From Cystobasidiomycetes sp. EMM_F5 (taxonomy: Eukaryota): a stretch of DNA of 64,000 bases. Both the position numbers and the translations under genes were made by a program. Shown one piece after another: positions 1-12,260 of the stretch (position 1 is the first letter of the stretch; every line of letters starts with the position of its first letter). The stretch covers positions 62,001 through 126,000 of the forward strand of contig JBPGPT010000001.1 of the NCBI GenBank assembly GCA_051047955.1, in the 5' to 3' direction. The notes below the pieces were generated by a model, which searched no databases, had not been told where the DNA came from, and saw only the letters and a list, made by a program, of their open reading frames with translations.

Positions 1-331
1 TGCGTGATCATGATTGTACGAAGTGCGGCAGAAGGCATTAAATGAGGGGAGCGAAGAAAGGATACCCTCAGGAATGACAGAGTGTTAGTCTGTCGCGCAG
101 CATTTTCTTCGAGGAATGACTGCTACCCATTCAGCAAGCCGCTCATACGCTGTCAGCTCTAGGGAGTCGTGCGTCTTTTCGCGCCACGGCGCACAAGATA
201 CGACACGAGAGGTATGCGGTGTCAGCAGGGCAAGGTTGTACGGCTTTGGCAATATTACCCAGATTTGCGAGCGGTGAATCTGTACTTTAACACATCATTA
301 AAGCGAATCAACCCAGTCTTGCGCTTACACC

Positions 332-361
332 TTACCAATGGCATTGTTACCAATGGCATTG
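332..361. repeat. 15-bp perfect tandem duplication TTACCAATGGCATTG x2
   Basis: Units at 332-346 and 347-361. Confidence 0.9.
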
Positions 362-541
362 GTGTCGCTAGTGTCTTGAATTCTGGATATGCGCTCAGCC
401 ATGCAGACAGACTTGCCGCTTGTGCAGCGGGCGGGGCTCGTGGAGGTCTCTTTCGCACCAACCTACTGACAGCCAACGTCTTTCTCTTCTGGTGCAACCT
501 GAATCGCCGTCTTCGCTGTCGGGATTGGCATCAGCTTGAAT

Positions 542-2216
542 ATGGCTTCGCTGGCCAGTAGACTTGATGGCGGAATCTTGCGCAAGACGAGTGGTAATAG
601 CACATCTGGCAGGGCAGAGCGGATCAAGCAGCAGCAACGGCCAGCACCATACGTGAGCGACATAATCTCAAAGTGAATATTGGCAGGATCCGCGTGGTGA
701 GACTGATGCCAACATGCGTATCCCATCAAAAGGCAAAGGCCGGTCCTGTGTCACCGTCGAATGTGGCTAATCAAAACGGACGTGTAGCGGGCGCTAACAA
801 TCATGCTACCACAAGTGACAGATGGGAACACGACCTCTTCAATCCGCTGTCCGATTTGTACAACCCACAACTCAATTCTGGCTTTCCGGCTGGCACTACT
901 ACCAAGACACGCAGGATAGCCAGTAGCGGCGGGGTATTCGGCAAGGCAATGGAAGACATAGGCGTCAAGCCACCATCACCGTCCCTTCGGCCATTCGGTT
1001 CAGCTACACTGCCAGTCGCTTCAACCAGTCAACGTTACGGCAGTGAACAGTATCCTCCCGGCGACCTATTCAGCAGTATAGGCATGAACGGCATCTCTTC
1101 TCGAACCGGAGGCGGAGTGCAGCTCAATGATGTCGAGATGTCTGCAGCTTCAAGCACAACTACCGACCGGGATGAGCGCAGAGCTCGACAGCGTGAAATC
1201 GCTCATGCAGAAGAACTGGCTCGTGAACGTGAGCGAGAACGTAAACTTGCGAGACAACGAGAGTCGAAGGAGGCAGAAGCGAAAAGATTGGCTCAACAGC
1301 AGGAGGAGGAAGCTGCAAGAAAGGCTCTGCTAGAACAAGTCGAACAAGAACAATACGTGTCCAGGCAGCAAGAAGAGGAAGCGGAGAGGAAAAGGCGACT
1401 CCGAACAGCTGGAGCGACCCAGATTCAAGTCAAGAACCTTGTCAACGGCACGACCCCTGAAGATGTTCAGGCCGCATTTGCAGATTTTGGCGAAATATTG
1501 TCATGCGATATCAAGGAGGTCGTCGGGGATACTGTGACTATGATAGTGGAGTTCGCAAAGCGTAACGAAGCGAAGAACGCCGTGGACAAGCTAAAGTGAG
1601 CTCTGCGTATCTTTGACTTGCACGAAACCTGACAAAACCATCTGCAAGTGGTGCACTGGCTGATGGGCGAACTCTCGAGCTTTCTGTTATTGAGCAACCG
1701 AAATTCACGCGTCCTGCCGCTACTTCCCTGTCCATCAAGAGTGCTGGGAAAGTCCCTCAAGCATCGGCTCCAAGCCTGCATGACCGGATGGGACTGCCGC
1801 TGAAGGGCAGCCAGCAAAGACAAGACCGCCCTTCCAGCACTCGATCTGTGGCATCGAGTCACGCTCTATATACACCGGCTTCACATCACGAGGAACAGCA
1901 AGATAATATGGACACAGATGAACCTGCAGCTCCAAGGTGTGTAGCCGGGGTAACCTATGACAAGCTATTATTGATCCCAATCTTCTGCAGCCGTATGAGA
2001 TCGGCCCATATAGCGCAATTTGATCCTCGCGCGTCTCTGCAGACTGAACCCGCTCTACAGCGCTTGGAGCAGGCGCGAACCCGACCGTCTCGTGGTGACC
2101 ATTCGCATTTACAAGGCCGCTTATCGGGCCACAATGATAAGGGACGTGCGGGACAGATGGCAAACGGCGTGTCAAACAGCCTTTTGGCGAGATTGGGGGC
2201 ATCTGCGAGACGGTAG
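542..2216 (+). CDS. RRM protein with WxHD motif, ALYREF/POLDIP3-like mRNA export adaptor (spliced)
   Basis: ATG 542 MASLASRLDGG, intron GTGAGC at 652, DRWEHDLF motif, coiled coil, RRM (IQVKNLVNGTTPEDVQAAFADFGEI...VEFAKRNEAKNAVDKL), ends SLLARLGASARR*. Confidence 0.65.
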
Positions 2217-2521
2217 ATTGTCGACGATGTTGTCTTCTCAACTGGATCAGAGATTTATTGTTACCAATCTAAAAATCGTAATATTAGGCGATATGGTCGA
2301 TGCGGCAGTATTATTATGTGCATGGCAGATTTGACGGTGTGCAGCGTAAGTTGCGCGGTATAAGCATGCTTTCTCGTAGGTGATTTGAATACGGCTTGTC
2401 TTGCTGCAAACCATGTTCCTACCCGAGGAATCTGCTTCATATGTAGCGATGTCTGCATCTCGAAGACCTCGTCGCGTACACTTCCGAAAGCGGCCTTCGA
2501 AGGCGTTGATTTGCACCACAA

Positions 2522-3661
2522 TGTCATGCATGGTTGAAATGACGACGGCAGCAGCTGGCTTCGACTGCAAATTCTCGGCAAATGGAAAGCAATTTGATCT
2601 CACGCCAGTCAGTAACAGCCTCATCAGTCAATCGCGCAGAGCCTGTGCTCAAGCTTTCAAGGGCTGACTGTGAGACAGCTGTCGAATGTGGCGACGTATA
2701 CCAATTCTACCCCAACACCCCCGTCTTCGTCTCAAGTACGTCTATTGAAAATGTTAGCGTCTCGATATATCCTCTGACTATCAGATAGGTCAAATACTCT
2801 ATATCCCTATGCGCCCCGTTGCCTCGTGAAGATAACGTTGCCGATAGAGACCAATGTCCCCCAAATACGCGCGCCTGCTTGCTCCGCATAAATCAGAAAG
2901 ACGGCGAACAGGACCGAGTAACTTCAGTCGTTCCAGTCGCCGGCGGTGTAGGCGAACTTAACCCTACGATGGAATGGCAACCCGGGAAGAAAGGATGGGG
3001 CAACAGTGTGCAGCCAGGTGCGCGCCGTGTCCTCGCAGTTACAACGAGGTTGGCTAATGTGTCACTCTTGAACCAGATAAGTTAACTATCGCTTTACGGG
3101 GCGGCGAATACCTGGGGCGGCCACGTTGGGCAAATTTAACCTTTGTTTGTGACACGACAAGAGAAGACACCGCTCCTACAGCGTGGGACTACCGACTGAC
3201 GTCAGACGAAGGCATTCTCTCTGTCTCGTGGCAGACAAAATATGCGTGTCCCCAAGGGCAAGGTGGTGTGCCGGCTGGAAGTTCACCACGAGAAGGGACC
3301 AGTTTCTTTGGTTTTCTGGGCAACTTCTTCCTCTTGTCAGTGCTTGCTCCGCACTATCATATCAGATTGCTGACGCTAAAAATTGTCTGTCTCATTCCCA
3401 TGCGTTACACTCGCGCAGCGTGTTCATACTGGTGATATTGTATTTTGCGGCCGGAGCATGGTACCAGTATACTCAATTTGGTAGTCGAGGCCTGGACCTG
3501 ATACCTCACCGTGCATTCTGGGTCAGTAGTGTGCATGCACCTCTTTGACTTGGTTCTGACTCCATTCCGGCGGTTCTCCTCCACAGGCAGATGTTCCGTA
3601 CATGCTGAAAGACATGTTTAGGGGGACGGGCAGGAATAGTGCAGGATACTCTGCTATCTGA
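2522..3661 (+). CDS. ATG27: Autophagy protein Atg27 (mannose-6-phosphate-receptor-homology type I membrane protein)
   Basis: FDCKFSANGKQFDL, QCPPNTRAC, FVCD, WQTKYAC, TM (ILVILYFAAGAWYQY), GLDLIPHRAFW, C-terminal GYSAI* tyrosine sorting motif; start could be 2449. Confidence 0.85.
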
Positions 3662-3918
3662 AGTGCTACTCCGTGGCCGGATTCGCGCGGAGGGTAAACG
3701 TTTATAGTGGACCTTGTGATAACAATCTTCCATTATCCAATACTCACTTGGCGCAAACAGCGTTGTGACTAGCTATCGTGTGCTAATTGTGAAGTGTGTT
3801 CATGTGCTGTAAGCGACGTACTCGCGCTCAACATAGGTTACGGCTAGGTTTCAAAAATGGTTGGACACATCTGTCTACCTACAGTATGATTCACACCACA
3901 TCATGGAAACTGACATAG

Positions 3919-5787
3919 ATGGTGCGACAGACGCTACAACGGCAGCTCTCATGTCTATTCGAGGGCGAGCTACATCTGCAATGGGACATCAGCCAAGAAC
4001 AACAATTCCGCCTCGTCGCGAAAGTGGGTCGGGTAATGATTGCCGTGCTCGTCATTCGGGGTAGCTACGGGCATGCAAAGACTGAGCCTTCACACTATAT
4101 CGCAACAGAGATTCGTGAAGATTATGATATGGCTGCCACGCAAGCAGTGTTGGCCAAAGAAGCTGGCGAAGGCTTCCAGGAGGCCGCCCGCGAAGCACAT
4201 ACGATGAGACGATTCCTTCACGAAAGTAGAAATTGGGATGAAGCCTGTCATGCCACAGTTGCGTCTGTGAAGCATCGCGAGAAGTGAGTTCCGTTGAATC
4301 CGTCCGCAACGTATATGCTACTGCGCAAGTCAAAGCTGAATGGGTATCCTCTCAACCACCTGCTCAGCGAGTTGAGGCTTCGAGAAGAAGAATTACACCT
4401 ATATAGTCATCTAGATGAGGAGAATGAGCACAAGATACTTCAAGGCCGCTTGGAATACACGCAGAGGCGTATTATACGCCTTCGTGACGAGAAGGAGCTA
4501 TTGCGACTCAAGTCTACAATAGCTCACCTCGAGTATGTTTTATGTGTATTCTGAGAGCTCCCATGCTAAGGTCTTGAACAGACAGAAAATCTATGACTGC
4601 AATTACAAGGTTGATATGTTGCAGAAACAGATACATGCCGAAAACTTGCATGAAAAGTCTCGAGGCCGTCCGAACGGAACTTTCGGCAGCGTATGGGCTG
4701 AAAACTACGAATGTAACGGGCTTGCACTCCTCATGTGACATGTGTGTAGAAGTACTGATATGCGATATTAGACAACCGGCCTCGTGTGGACGCCAGCAGT
4801 GGGCAAGAGTGGGCATCGCGGCGGCTAGCAAGTCTCAAATACGCGATAGGGTATACAAAACGTACCATTGACATACGCAACGAGGAGCTTCGCCGGAATG
4901 AGGAGGACTGGTCCGCTTACAAGGAGAAGATGAGACTGCAGAAGATACAATTTGACCGCTTGGATGAGTCGGTGCGGCGTAATGAGCAAGGCCTACCTCC
5001 TATCGACTACGACGCTCAGGATCGAGAAAGATTGCTTAACGCAGCTCTGGCTGCCCAAGATCGTGTCAGACTCGCTGAGGAGCGAAGAAAGAACATGAAG
5101 AAAGCCAAGCTTGAGGCAGCTAGAGAGGCCGAAAGTAAACGCATGGCTGACGTGGATGCTCAGAGCCGCTGGGAGATCGAATATGGCGAAGCGCTGGAAG
5201 AAGACCCTGCCTTCACTTCAGGTGATTACCGTAGCATTCGGGAAATGGACGAAACCTCACTGCGATACGCTGGCATGAATCTGGGTGCAGACCACGATCC
5301 GGTCTCTGAGCCTTTGACTACCAGCACCGTAGAGCAAAGTATTCAGCAGCCAGTCCTGCATGATGACGGTTGGGGAATTGCTAGCCTAAGTCAGCCGCAG
5401 GAGCCGCACGAGTCAATACCGACGGGCTGGGATACGGACAATGTTGCGCAGAATTTCGAAGCAGTGCCTTGGGGCCTGGCAGTTGATCCTAACGCTCCAA
5501 GTGTTTGGCCAACCATTTCAGAAGCAGACCAGTCATCCCCTAATCCAGCCGGAGGTTGGGGTCAAGCAACGAATCCTGTCGTTATCTCGGACGATCCCGA
5601 ACCTCCTGTTGTTTCTTCTGAGATCGAGCAGCCGGCCACCAATGAATCCACCTCGACAAAGGCGGTCAAAATCGAAGAAGTCGATGCCACAGGCTGGGAA
5701 GTCGACAACTTCAGCCAAGATGCACTGGCGACCACAGTTACAAACGACGACGAAATTGATTATGGAGACAATTTGGTACTCACGTAG
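3919..5787 (+). CDS. Hypothetical coiled-coil protein with acidic GW/WG-rich C-terminal tail
   Basis: Four ORF pieces joined in frame by three GT-AG introns (donors GTGAGT 4284, GTATGT ~4533, GTAACG ~4712); no family recognised. Confidence 0.6.
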
Positions 5788-6025
5788 CTCTTTTCGGGTT
5801 TCTTATACATATTTCGTCATGATTTATATTGTTGTGGGAGAAGCTGCCCATGTCCGTGCCGCAATGTTAACATATATTCTCGGCGCTTGTAGCTGTAGCG
5901 ATGTAAAGCACATCCTAATAAGTTAGAAGACGTCCTTGGTCTGGGTCGTAGTTGATCTTTACGCCCAACCGGGTTCTTGGCAAGCTGATCCATTTTGCAT
6001 CATTCGGACTGACTGCGGAAGAATT

Positions 6026-7672
6026 ATGTCTACCTCTGAGCGCGGTCTTGAGAGCGATCCGCTGTTGCCGCAGACTGCCACTCGCCGTTCTGATCCATTG
6101 TCAAACAACGTCTCGGCGTCATCGAAACGCGAAAAACCATACATTGGCTTCACCTTGGCCTTCTTTGCGTTCCTTGTCATCATCCTATACATCATTCTGG
6201 GAAGAGCGTATGCTTGGAACACCTCTAGCGAAGGAGCGAAAGTATTCCCCGCAGACCCGCTGGAACGAGCAAGAGCCTTATTGAAGGATAATCCACTCAT
6301 AGACGGGGCAAGCTATGGAGCAACGGGACAGCTATGACATTGTTTGACTGAGTATTTCTATAGCACATCGACCTACCCGCTCACATACGATGGCGGTATC
6401 ACAACCAACTGAATGATGTTGATCTGAACGATGCGAACTTTACGGGGCACGTCAACGTTCCCAAATTACGCGAAGGTGGTGTAGGCGGGTTCATTTGGAG
6501 CGCGTGCGTACGGTATTGCAGCTCTACTACACTTCACACAGTTTATTGGTGTTGGACAGGTTCGCAGCATGTGCAGATTGGTATCACCTCGATGAAGGTG
6601 CAGATTTCGAAACAGCAACATGGAGAACAAGGGAGACACTGGAGCAGATAGACATCGCTTCTCTTGCGATAGCGCAGTATTCGTCTGTCTTCCATCCAGT
6701 CACAACCTCCAACGGCATAAGACAGGCTTTCAAGAACGGCAAGATAGCAAGCCTCATCGGACTAGAGGGGTGAAGGTCACACGTTGATTGTCGTGTGTAT
6801 ATTGCTGATGTCAATCGTCTCTGTATGTAGAGCACATCAGCTCGGCAATTCTCTCGGCACTCTGCGCCAATACTACGCTCTGGGCGTCCGCTCTATGACT
6901 CTTACGCACACGTGCAACAATGCATTTGCCGGTTCATGCGGCTTTGAAGGCCGGCCTCAGCATGTCTATGGCCTTACAAAGTTTGGAGAGACCCTTGTGC
7001 ATGAAATGAACCGCTTGGGAATGATCGTGGACATCTCCCATACTTCTGAACAGACCGCTCGCGACGTCCTCAAGCTTAGCAAAGCACCTGTTCTCTTCTC
7101 CCACTCGAATGCCAAGGGTGTCTGGAATGTGACACGGAACGTCCCTGATGACATTTTGGAGAGCATCGGTCGGCGTGAAGGTGCGTCAGCCATAGTCATG
7201 GCTACTTTCGCTCCACAATTTGTGAGCCAGCACGAAGATGGCAGTGGTATAAAAGCCACCCTTGAGCGAGTTGCCGGTAAGTTCGACTACATCGCTCGCG
7301 AAGTTGCGTTGAGCTTGACGTTCCCTCGCATGAACGCCAGATCACATTGAACACATAAGTCAGAGAGCTGGTCGTCAGAACGTTGGAATTGGCTCCGATT
7401 TCGATGGGATTGGGTCAACACCGGTGGGGTTGGAAGACGTGTCGAAGTATCCTTATCTAGTAAGCATCAGCCGCTCACGAGTGCAAGGGCTACATAGTAA
7501 TACTCTTCGGCAGCTTGCGGAACTTATACGAAGAGGATGGTCCGACGATGAAATCGTTGGGCTAGCTGGTGGGAATTTCTTGAGGACATTCTCAGAGGTG
7601 GAGAGAGTATCAGAGAATCTGAGGACGGACAAGCCGCACTATGATATATACGCGAAACGCAAGGATCTGTAA
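6026..7672 (+). CDS. Membrane dipeptidase (peptidase M19, renal dipeptidase family) with N-terminal TM anchor
   Basis: Spliced motifs PLIDG|HIDLP, GVGGFIWS, SLIGLEG|AHQLGNS, TLTHTCNN, EMNRLGMIVDISH, FSHS, RNVPD, VGIGSDFDG, GGNFLR. Confidence 0.93.
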
Positions 7673-7758
7673 TTCTAGGTATGTACGAGTCGACCAGTGT
7701 TCCGGAGTGCTAGTTAGAGCATCGTATCGTGTTGTCTCCGCTTTCATCTGTGACAATT

Positions 7759-8575
7759 ATGTCCATCGTCGATGACGGGCCTGTCAAGGGATTGCTATGC
7801 GTTATCAGTACTGCCAAAGAAGGGCAGACTTCTAGAGCCGAAAGCGAATGTCGAGACGCGCACCTGTCTCGAAAGACCTATCTCGAAATTCGCGAAATGA
7901 CTGAAACGTCCCACGAGCACTATCACTCCAATGACAGGCATACAGCACATCAATGCCTCGACATGTACACATTTAGTGACATCCGCCCCTTGTTGACAGG
8001 AGAATTGGTATTTGAGGAAGGCGGTGACGGCATCTTCGATTCGACGACATCTCTGATCTACAGATGGATCTCGTAAGGCAATTCCCGTGTAAGATGGGCT
8101 AATACAGATGAATTACACTAATGATTGAGACTGCAGGAGCGACAAAGATGCTGGATCCGACCAGCCAGGCTGTCTGCAGTTCACCTCTGCGAATCCTCCG
8201 CTGATGCAGCTTGACAATTACAACCGATGGTACGAAGACGAACACATCTCAATGCTGCAAAGAGTACCCGGGTACCTCAACACTATCCGAGCAAAACTAG
8301 CCGTGAGTTCGGGGCACGATGGATACAGCCATGCGAAATACGCGGCATTTACACGCTTCAAACAAACCGGGATCCCGCGTTCCTTGGATCAATATAAAGA
8401 CGCCGAGACTTCAGAAAGTAGAACCAGGATACTCGCCCAGATACAGGACGGCGGCACTTATGCCGAATCGGAATGGCCTTTCGTAGTGACTAGATCGCAT
8501 ACCGAAACTACGGAGATGAGCGCAGCGGGCTCCATCCTGACGAAAGCGCAAGAGTGGGCTGGAATTCAGATATAA
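7759..8575 (+). CDS. EthD-like dimeric alpha/beta-barrel protein, probably two domains with the first degenerate
   Basis: YNRWYEDEHISMLQRVPGY motif typical of fungal EthD-like proteins; one intron GTAAGG...CAG at ~8073-8137. Confidence 0.55.
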
Positions 8576-8643
8576 GGTTGCGAAAGTATGCTACAGCGAG
8601 ATGTGACGAGGTTACTGCCGAGCTCCGCGACGTAAACTGCTTA

Positions 8644-10730
8644 TTATTGCGTACTACCTCGCGAGTTACTACTAGTGTATACGGACAACCAATTCTCCGA
8701 ACCGACTTCCTGTCGTAGCTTCTCCATTCTCTTGCGAAATTCCTCAGCTTCACTTCCACTGCCAGACTCATTCTGCGAAAGTTTGGTGGCCGGCTGCAAA
8801 GGTTCAAACGCTTCGCTCCGAAGCCGGCTTCGGGTCTTCTTCGACGGAGAGACGCTGGATACAGTGCTCGCGAACACTGCCCTGGGCGCTAGCGCGTCAG
8901 AATTACCGACATTCCCGTCTCCAGGGGAAGAGACAGCCCGTCGATGCTGCGAGAACGCTCTATCATGCTCGGACTGCCCATCGAGGTCTACGATGCGCCG
9001 ATGCTTCTTCTTGACTACCTTTGGCTTTGTTGCATCCTCAGTGGCTGTGTCGAACGCTGTCATGCTTTCCTCGCGATTATTCTCATGATGTGGGTTAATC
9101 GACTCGACGCTGTATAATTTGCTTCCGCCGCTGTCGTTGGGCGCAGAGACCTCTTGCCGAGCCTTGCGGGGGCTGACTATGACAGTAGGTGTTACTATGG
9201 CAGAGTCGCGCTTGGCTTGTAAAGACTTTGGTCTTGAGGCTACAGCTTGATGTGCTTTGCGGTGCTCTTCCAAATACCTGCTTTCATTCCAGCTTGGACC
9301 AGATCCGTCGATTTGGGGCAGATTCTCAACTTTTCGATGATGCCGCCCTTCGTCCAAGAAGTTTTGGAAGAGGTCGATACGCCAGCCATTTCCAGAACGT
9401 GTTGGAATCCTCGACGGATCCTCACTGAAAGGATTACCTTCCGACACAAACAAATTACTCAAGTGCGGCAAGGTCACGAGGCGCGACAGTTCCGATACGT
9501 CATCGACAAGATTATCCCGCAGGTCTAGTACTTCTAAGGAGAAGAGGCGCTCTAAGCCACACAGAGACGAAATGCGATTGCCGCGTAGGTTGAGTCTGTA
9601 CATTGTACGTCAGGCATCAGTAAACGTAACTAGCGTTGCGTAATTTAAGCAAGCCACCTACACGGTAAGAGCACCCAGAGCCTTATTGATATAGAGTACA
9701 GACTCGATCATATTTCCCGATAGATCCAGTGACCGCAGAGAAGTAAGACTCGCTAAAGCTGCATGCGGTGCCTTAATATCCATGCCCCGCCCAATAATAA
9801 CAAATGACAAAGCTCACCCGTAGGAACTTCGATGAGAAGGTTTCTCCGCAAATTCAGCGACGACAACCTGTCTAGACCTTCCAAATCTGCCACATCTACA
9901 GCCGGGATATCGTTACTCTGAAGGTCCAATGAACGCATATTGTTGCTCCATTGGCGGGCGGAAAGCCCACTAGCAGGATCACTGACTAGTATATCGCTTG
10001 GACTCTCTAAGCCGCAATTGCGAATTTGCAGCGCTCGCAGACTCGTCCACGCCTGATCGAATATAAAGATCCGTGCATCGACATCGCTCAGTTCCAAACG
10101 CTGGAGGCTTTTGAAAGCTCTGAGCGGTACCCTGCGGTCTCCTGGATATTCCTCGAAAGCGAAACTGTCAACCTCTCGATGCTTTCCTTTTCCAGCAGAC
10201 GTTACTGATGTATCGCGCATGACGACCCGAAGCGACGGGAGAATAGTGAAAGCAGTGTAGATGAAGCGCAGATTGGCGTCCAGGCTTGTTGCAGGGGAGG
10301 GCGCGGCCGATGAGCCTGTCAAACCCCACCATGACGAGCCGGACGTGGATGTCGCCGAAGAGGAAAAGACGGAAGCCCAGCCAGTCCGGACGCTACTGGC
10401 GTCACTTGTTAGTCTCAAGTGCCCTTTTGCGACCGCCTTGTGAATTGCTGCCGAGGCCGGTCGTCTATTGACGCCGCTAAATGGGACGTCCAAGTCGCCA
10501 ATATCCGCAAAGCCAGCCTCCTGAACGCGGAGCAGCACATAGTACAGATGATAGAGTGACGTTGTGAGCATCAAGGGTTTGGCAGAAGAGCCGTTCCCAA
10601 AGATGGAGCCAGTCCAGCTGTTGCCGTTCTGTTGGGCACGACTGCTTGCCACGGCACCTGTCGCAGCCAGGCGAGCGGCATTGCTCCTGATGTAAGCCGC
10701 GAGTTCCGCTATATACGTGTCGCCGTCCAT
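8644..10730 (-). CDS. Leucine-rich repeat protein (fungal nischarin/STK11IP-like)
   Basis: LRR consensus repeats (LRSLDLSGN, LNLRGNRISSLCGLERLFSLEVLDLRDNLV), N-terminal DGDTYIAELAAYIR, C-terminal FRKRMEKLRQEVGSENWL. Confidence 0.8.
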
Positions 10731-10853
10731 GGTTGTTTGCAGTTGTTAGTGACGCATACTCATGATCAGTGCAGTTACAAGCTGAAGTTGCCCGTCAAAG
10801 AAGGTCGCAGCTTGCGTCTGACTGATTCATCGTTGCGAGGATTATACTGGAGC

Positions 10854-11987
10854 ATGCCTACGGACCAGCTTGTCGTTTTTGACTTTGACTGGTATGTGAC
10901 AGTCTGTACGGAGCTGAAGAGTATGGCACTGATATTTGCAGGCTTTCAGGTCTTTTGCCGGCACGTTTTGGCTGTCTCTGCAGAAACTGACGGGGTTTCA
11001 GCTGAATTGACCTGACGCATACTAAGACAACGACACGGACAGATATGTTCTTGAAGTAGGCTCGCAAGCTGCGATGATGTTGGATGTCTAGCTAATATAT
11101 CGCAACCCAAGGTGCTGTCGCCCAAGTTGCGATTGCGTATGGAGTCCCTGAAGGACAGTATGCAATGGACGGATCTTGTGTTCGTGTTGCAAATACTTAG
11201 CTTTTGGCCAGCTAATGTATTGTTATTCTAGGGCGGATTCGATGGTCGAGCTGCACAAACAAGGCTTCGGACAAGCGGACGTTGTCGGAGCTCTGCTGCA
11301 ATTGCCTGTGGTAGCTCTGACAGGCTCAGCGGCTTCCATATACGAACTGACTCCAATTACAATAGCATCCAGCCATGCAACGTGGCGTTCGTAACCTGAA
11401 GAATCGGAAAGATGTCAAGACTACCTTTCTCTGTCTATCAAATTCAAATCAGGTGTACATCGAGACGATCTTAGAGGTAAGCTCGGCATTGTGCCTATCA
11501 TTGCTTGTTGCCGCTGAAATCGACACATCGTCCTAGCACAAACAACTTCGAGACATCTTTGACCAAATCATTACAAACCCAGCTTCTTTCACCGATGATG
11601 GTCTGCTCAAGGTCTCCAGACGGATACCAGCATCTTCCGAGAACCAACACACATGCAAAGTCGGCTGCTCGCCAAACATGTGCAAAGGCGACGAACTGGC
11701 AGCCTTCCTTTCAGCTAGCCAAACAAAGTTTCAGCGCATAGTATACATCGGCGACGGTTCCAACGACTTCTGTCCGCTACTGCGTCTGTCATCGTACGTG
11801 TCCAGTAACTCGACAAGCGGCATCCAGTATTGACTGTTTCAACAGACACGATCTGGCCTTGGTACGATTTGATTACGGACTCGCTAGAAGGATCGCGAAA
11901 GAAGGCCAGTCTGCGGGAATGACTGTGCCGGTCAAATACTGGGACGGTGCATGGGAAGTCGAGCTTGCATTTGCGGCTTTGGTCTAA
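10854..11987 (+). CDS. HAD phosphatase, PHOSPHO1/2 (pyridoxal-phosphate phosphatase-like) family
   Basis: Spliced motif I VVFDFDW|SFA|DNDTDRYVLE, LSNSNQVYI, IITNP, CSPNMCKG, VYIGDGSNDFCP; many short exons. Confidence 0.9.
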
Positions 11988-12162
11988 GGATCCAAGGTGT
12001 AGTACTATGCTCGACGAAACAAGTTATCTGTGGCTTGCTGGTCATCTTACTTCGCAAGCCCAATAGATCACTAGGGAGTTATCGGTCGGCGCCCGGTCCT
12101 GGCTTCCACTTGCCATTTACAACTCTGACCAAACTCTGGCATAACGGCTGATGTGGCTGATT

Positions 12163-12168
12163 TATAAA
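12163..12168 (+). promoter_or_regulatory. Putative TATA box of small membrane protein gene
   Basis: TATAAA about 95 nt upstream of ATG 12261. Confidence 0.35.
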
Positions 12169-12260
12169 GGGGTTGAAGATTGCAGCCAGAGCATTCGCTC
12201 CATTTCACGTTCACATTGTGCGACTCTCGATCCCATCAAGACTTTTCCCAAATTACCAAA

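Noticed and set aside
1..500. Possible spliced minus-strand gene at the left edge
   Set aside because: Donor and branch-like signals exist, but I could not build a consistent frame or recognise a protein
11985..12002. Read-through of the phosphatase stop would give GSKV*, a PTS1-like end
   Set aside because: TAA-G is a poor read-through context and SKV is a weak signal
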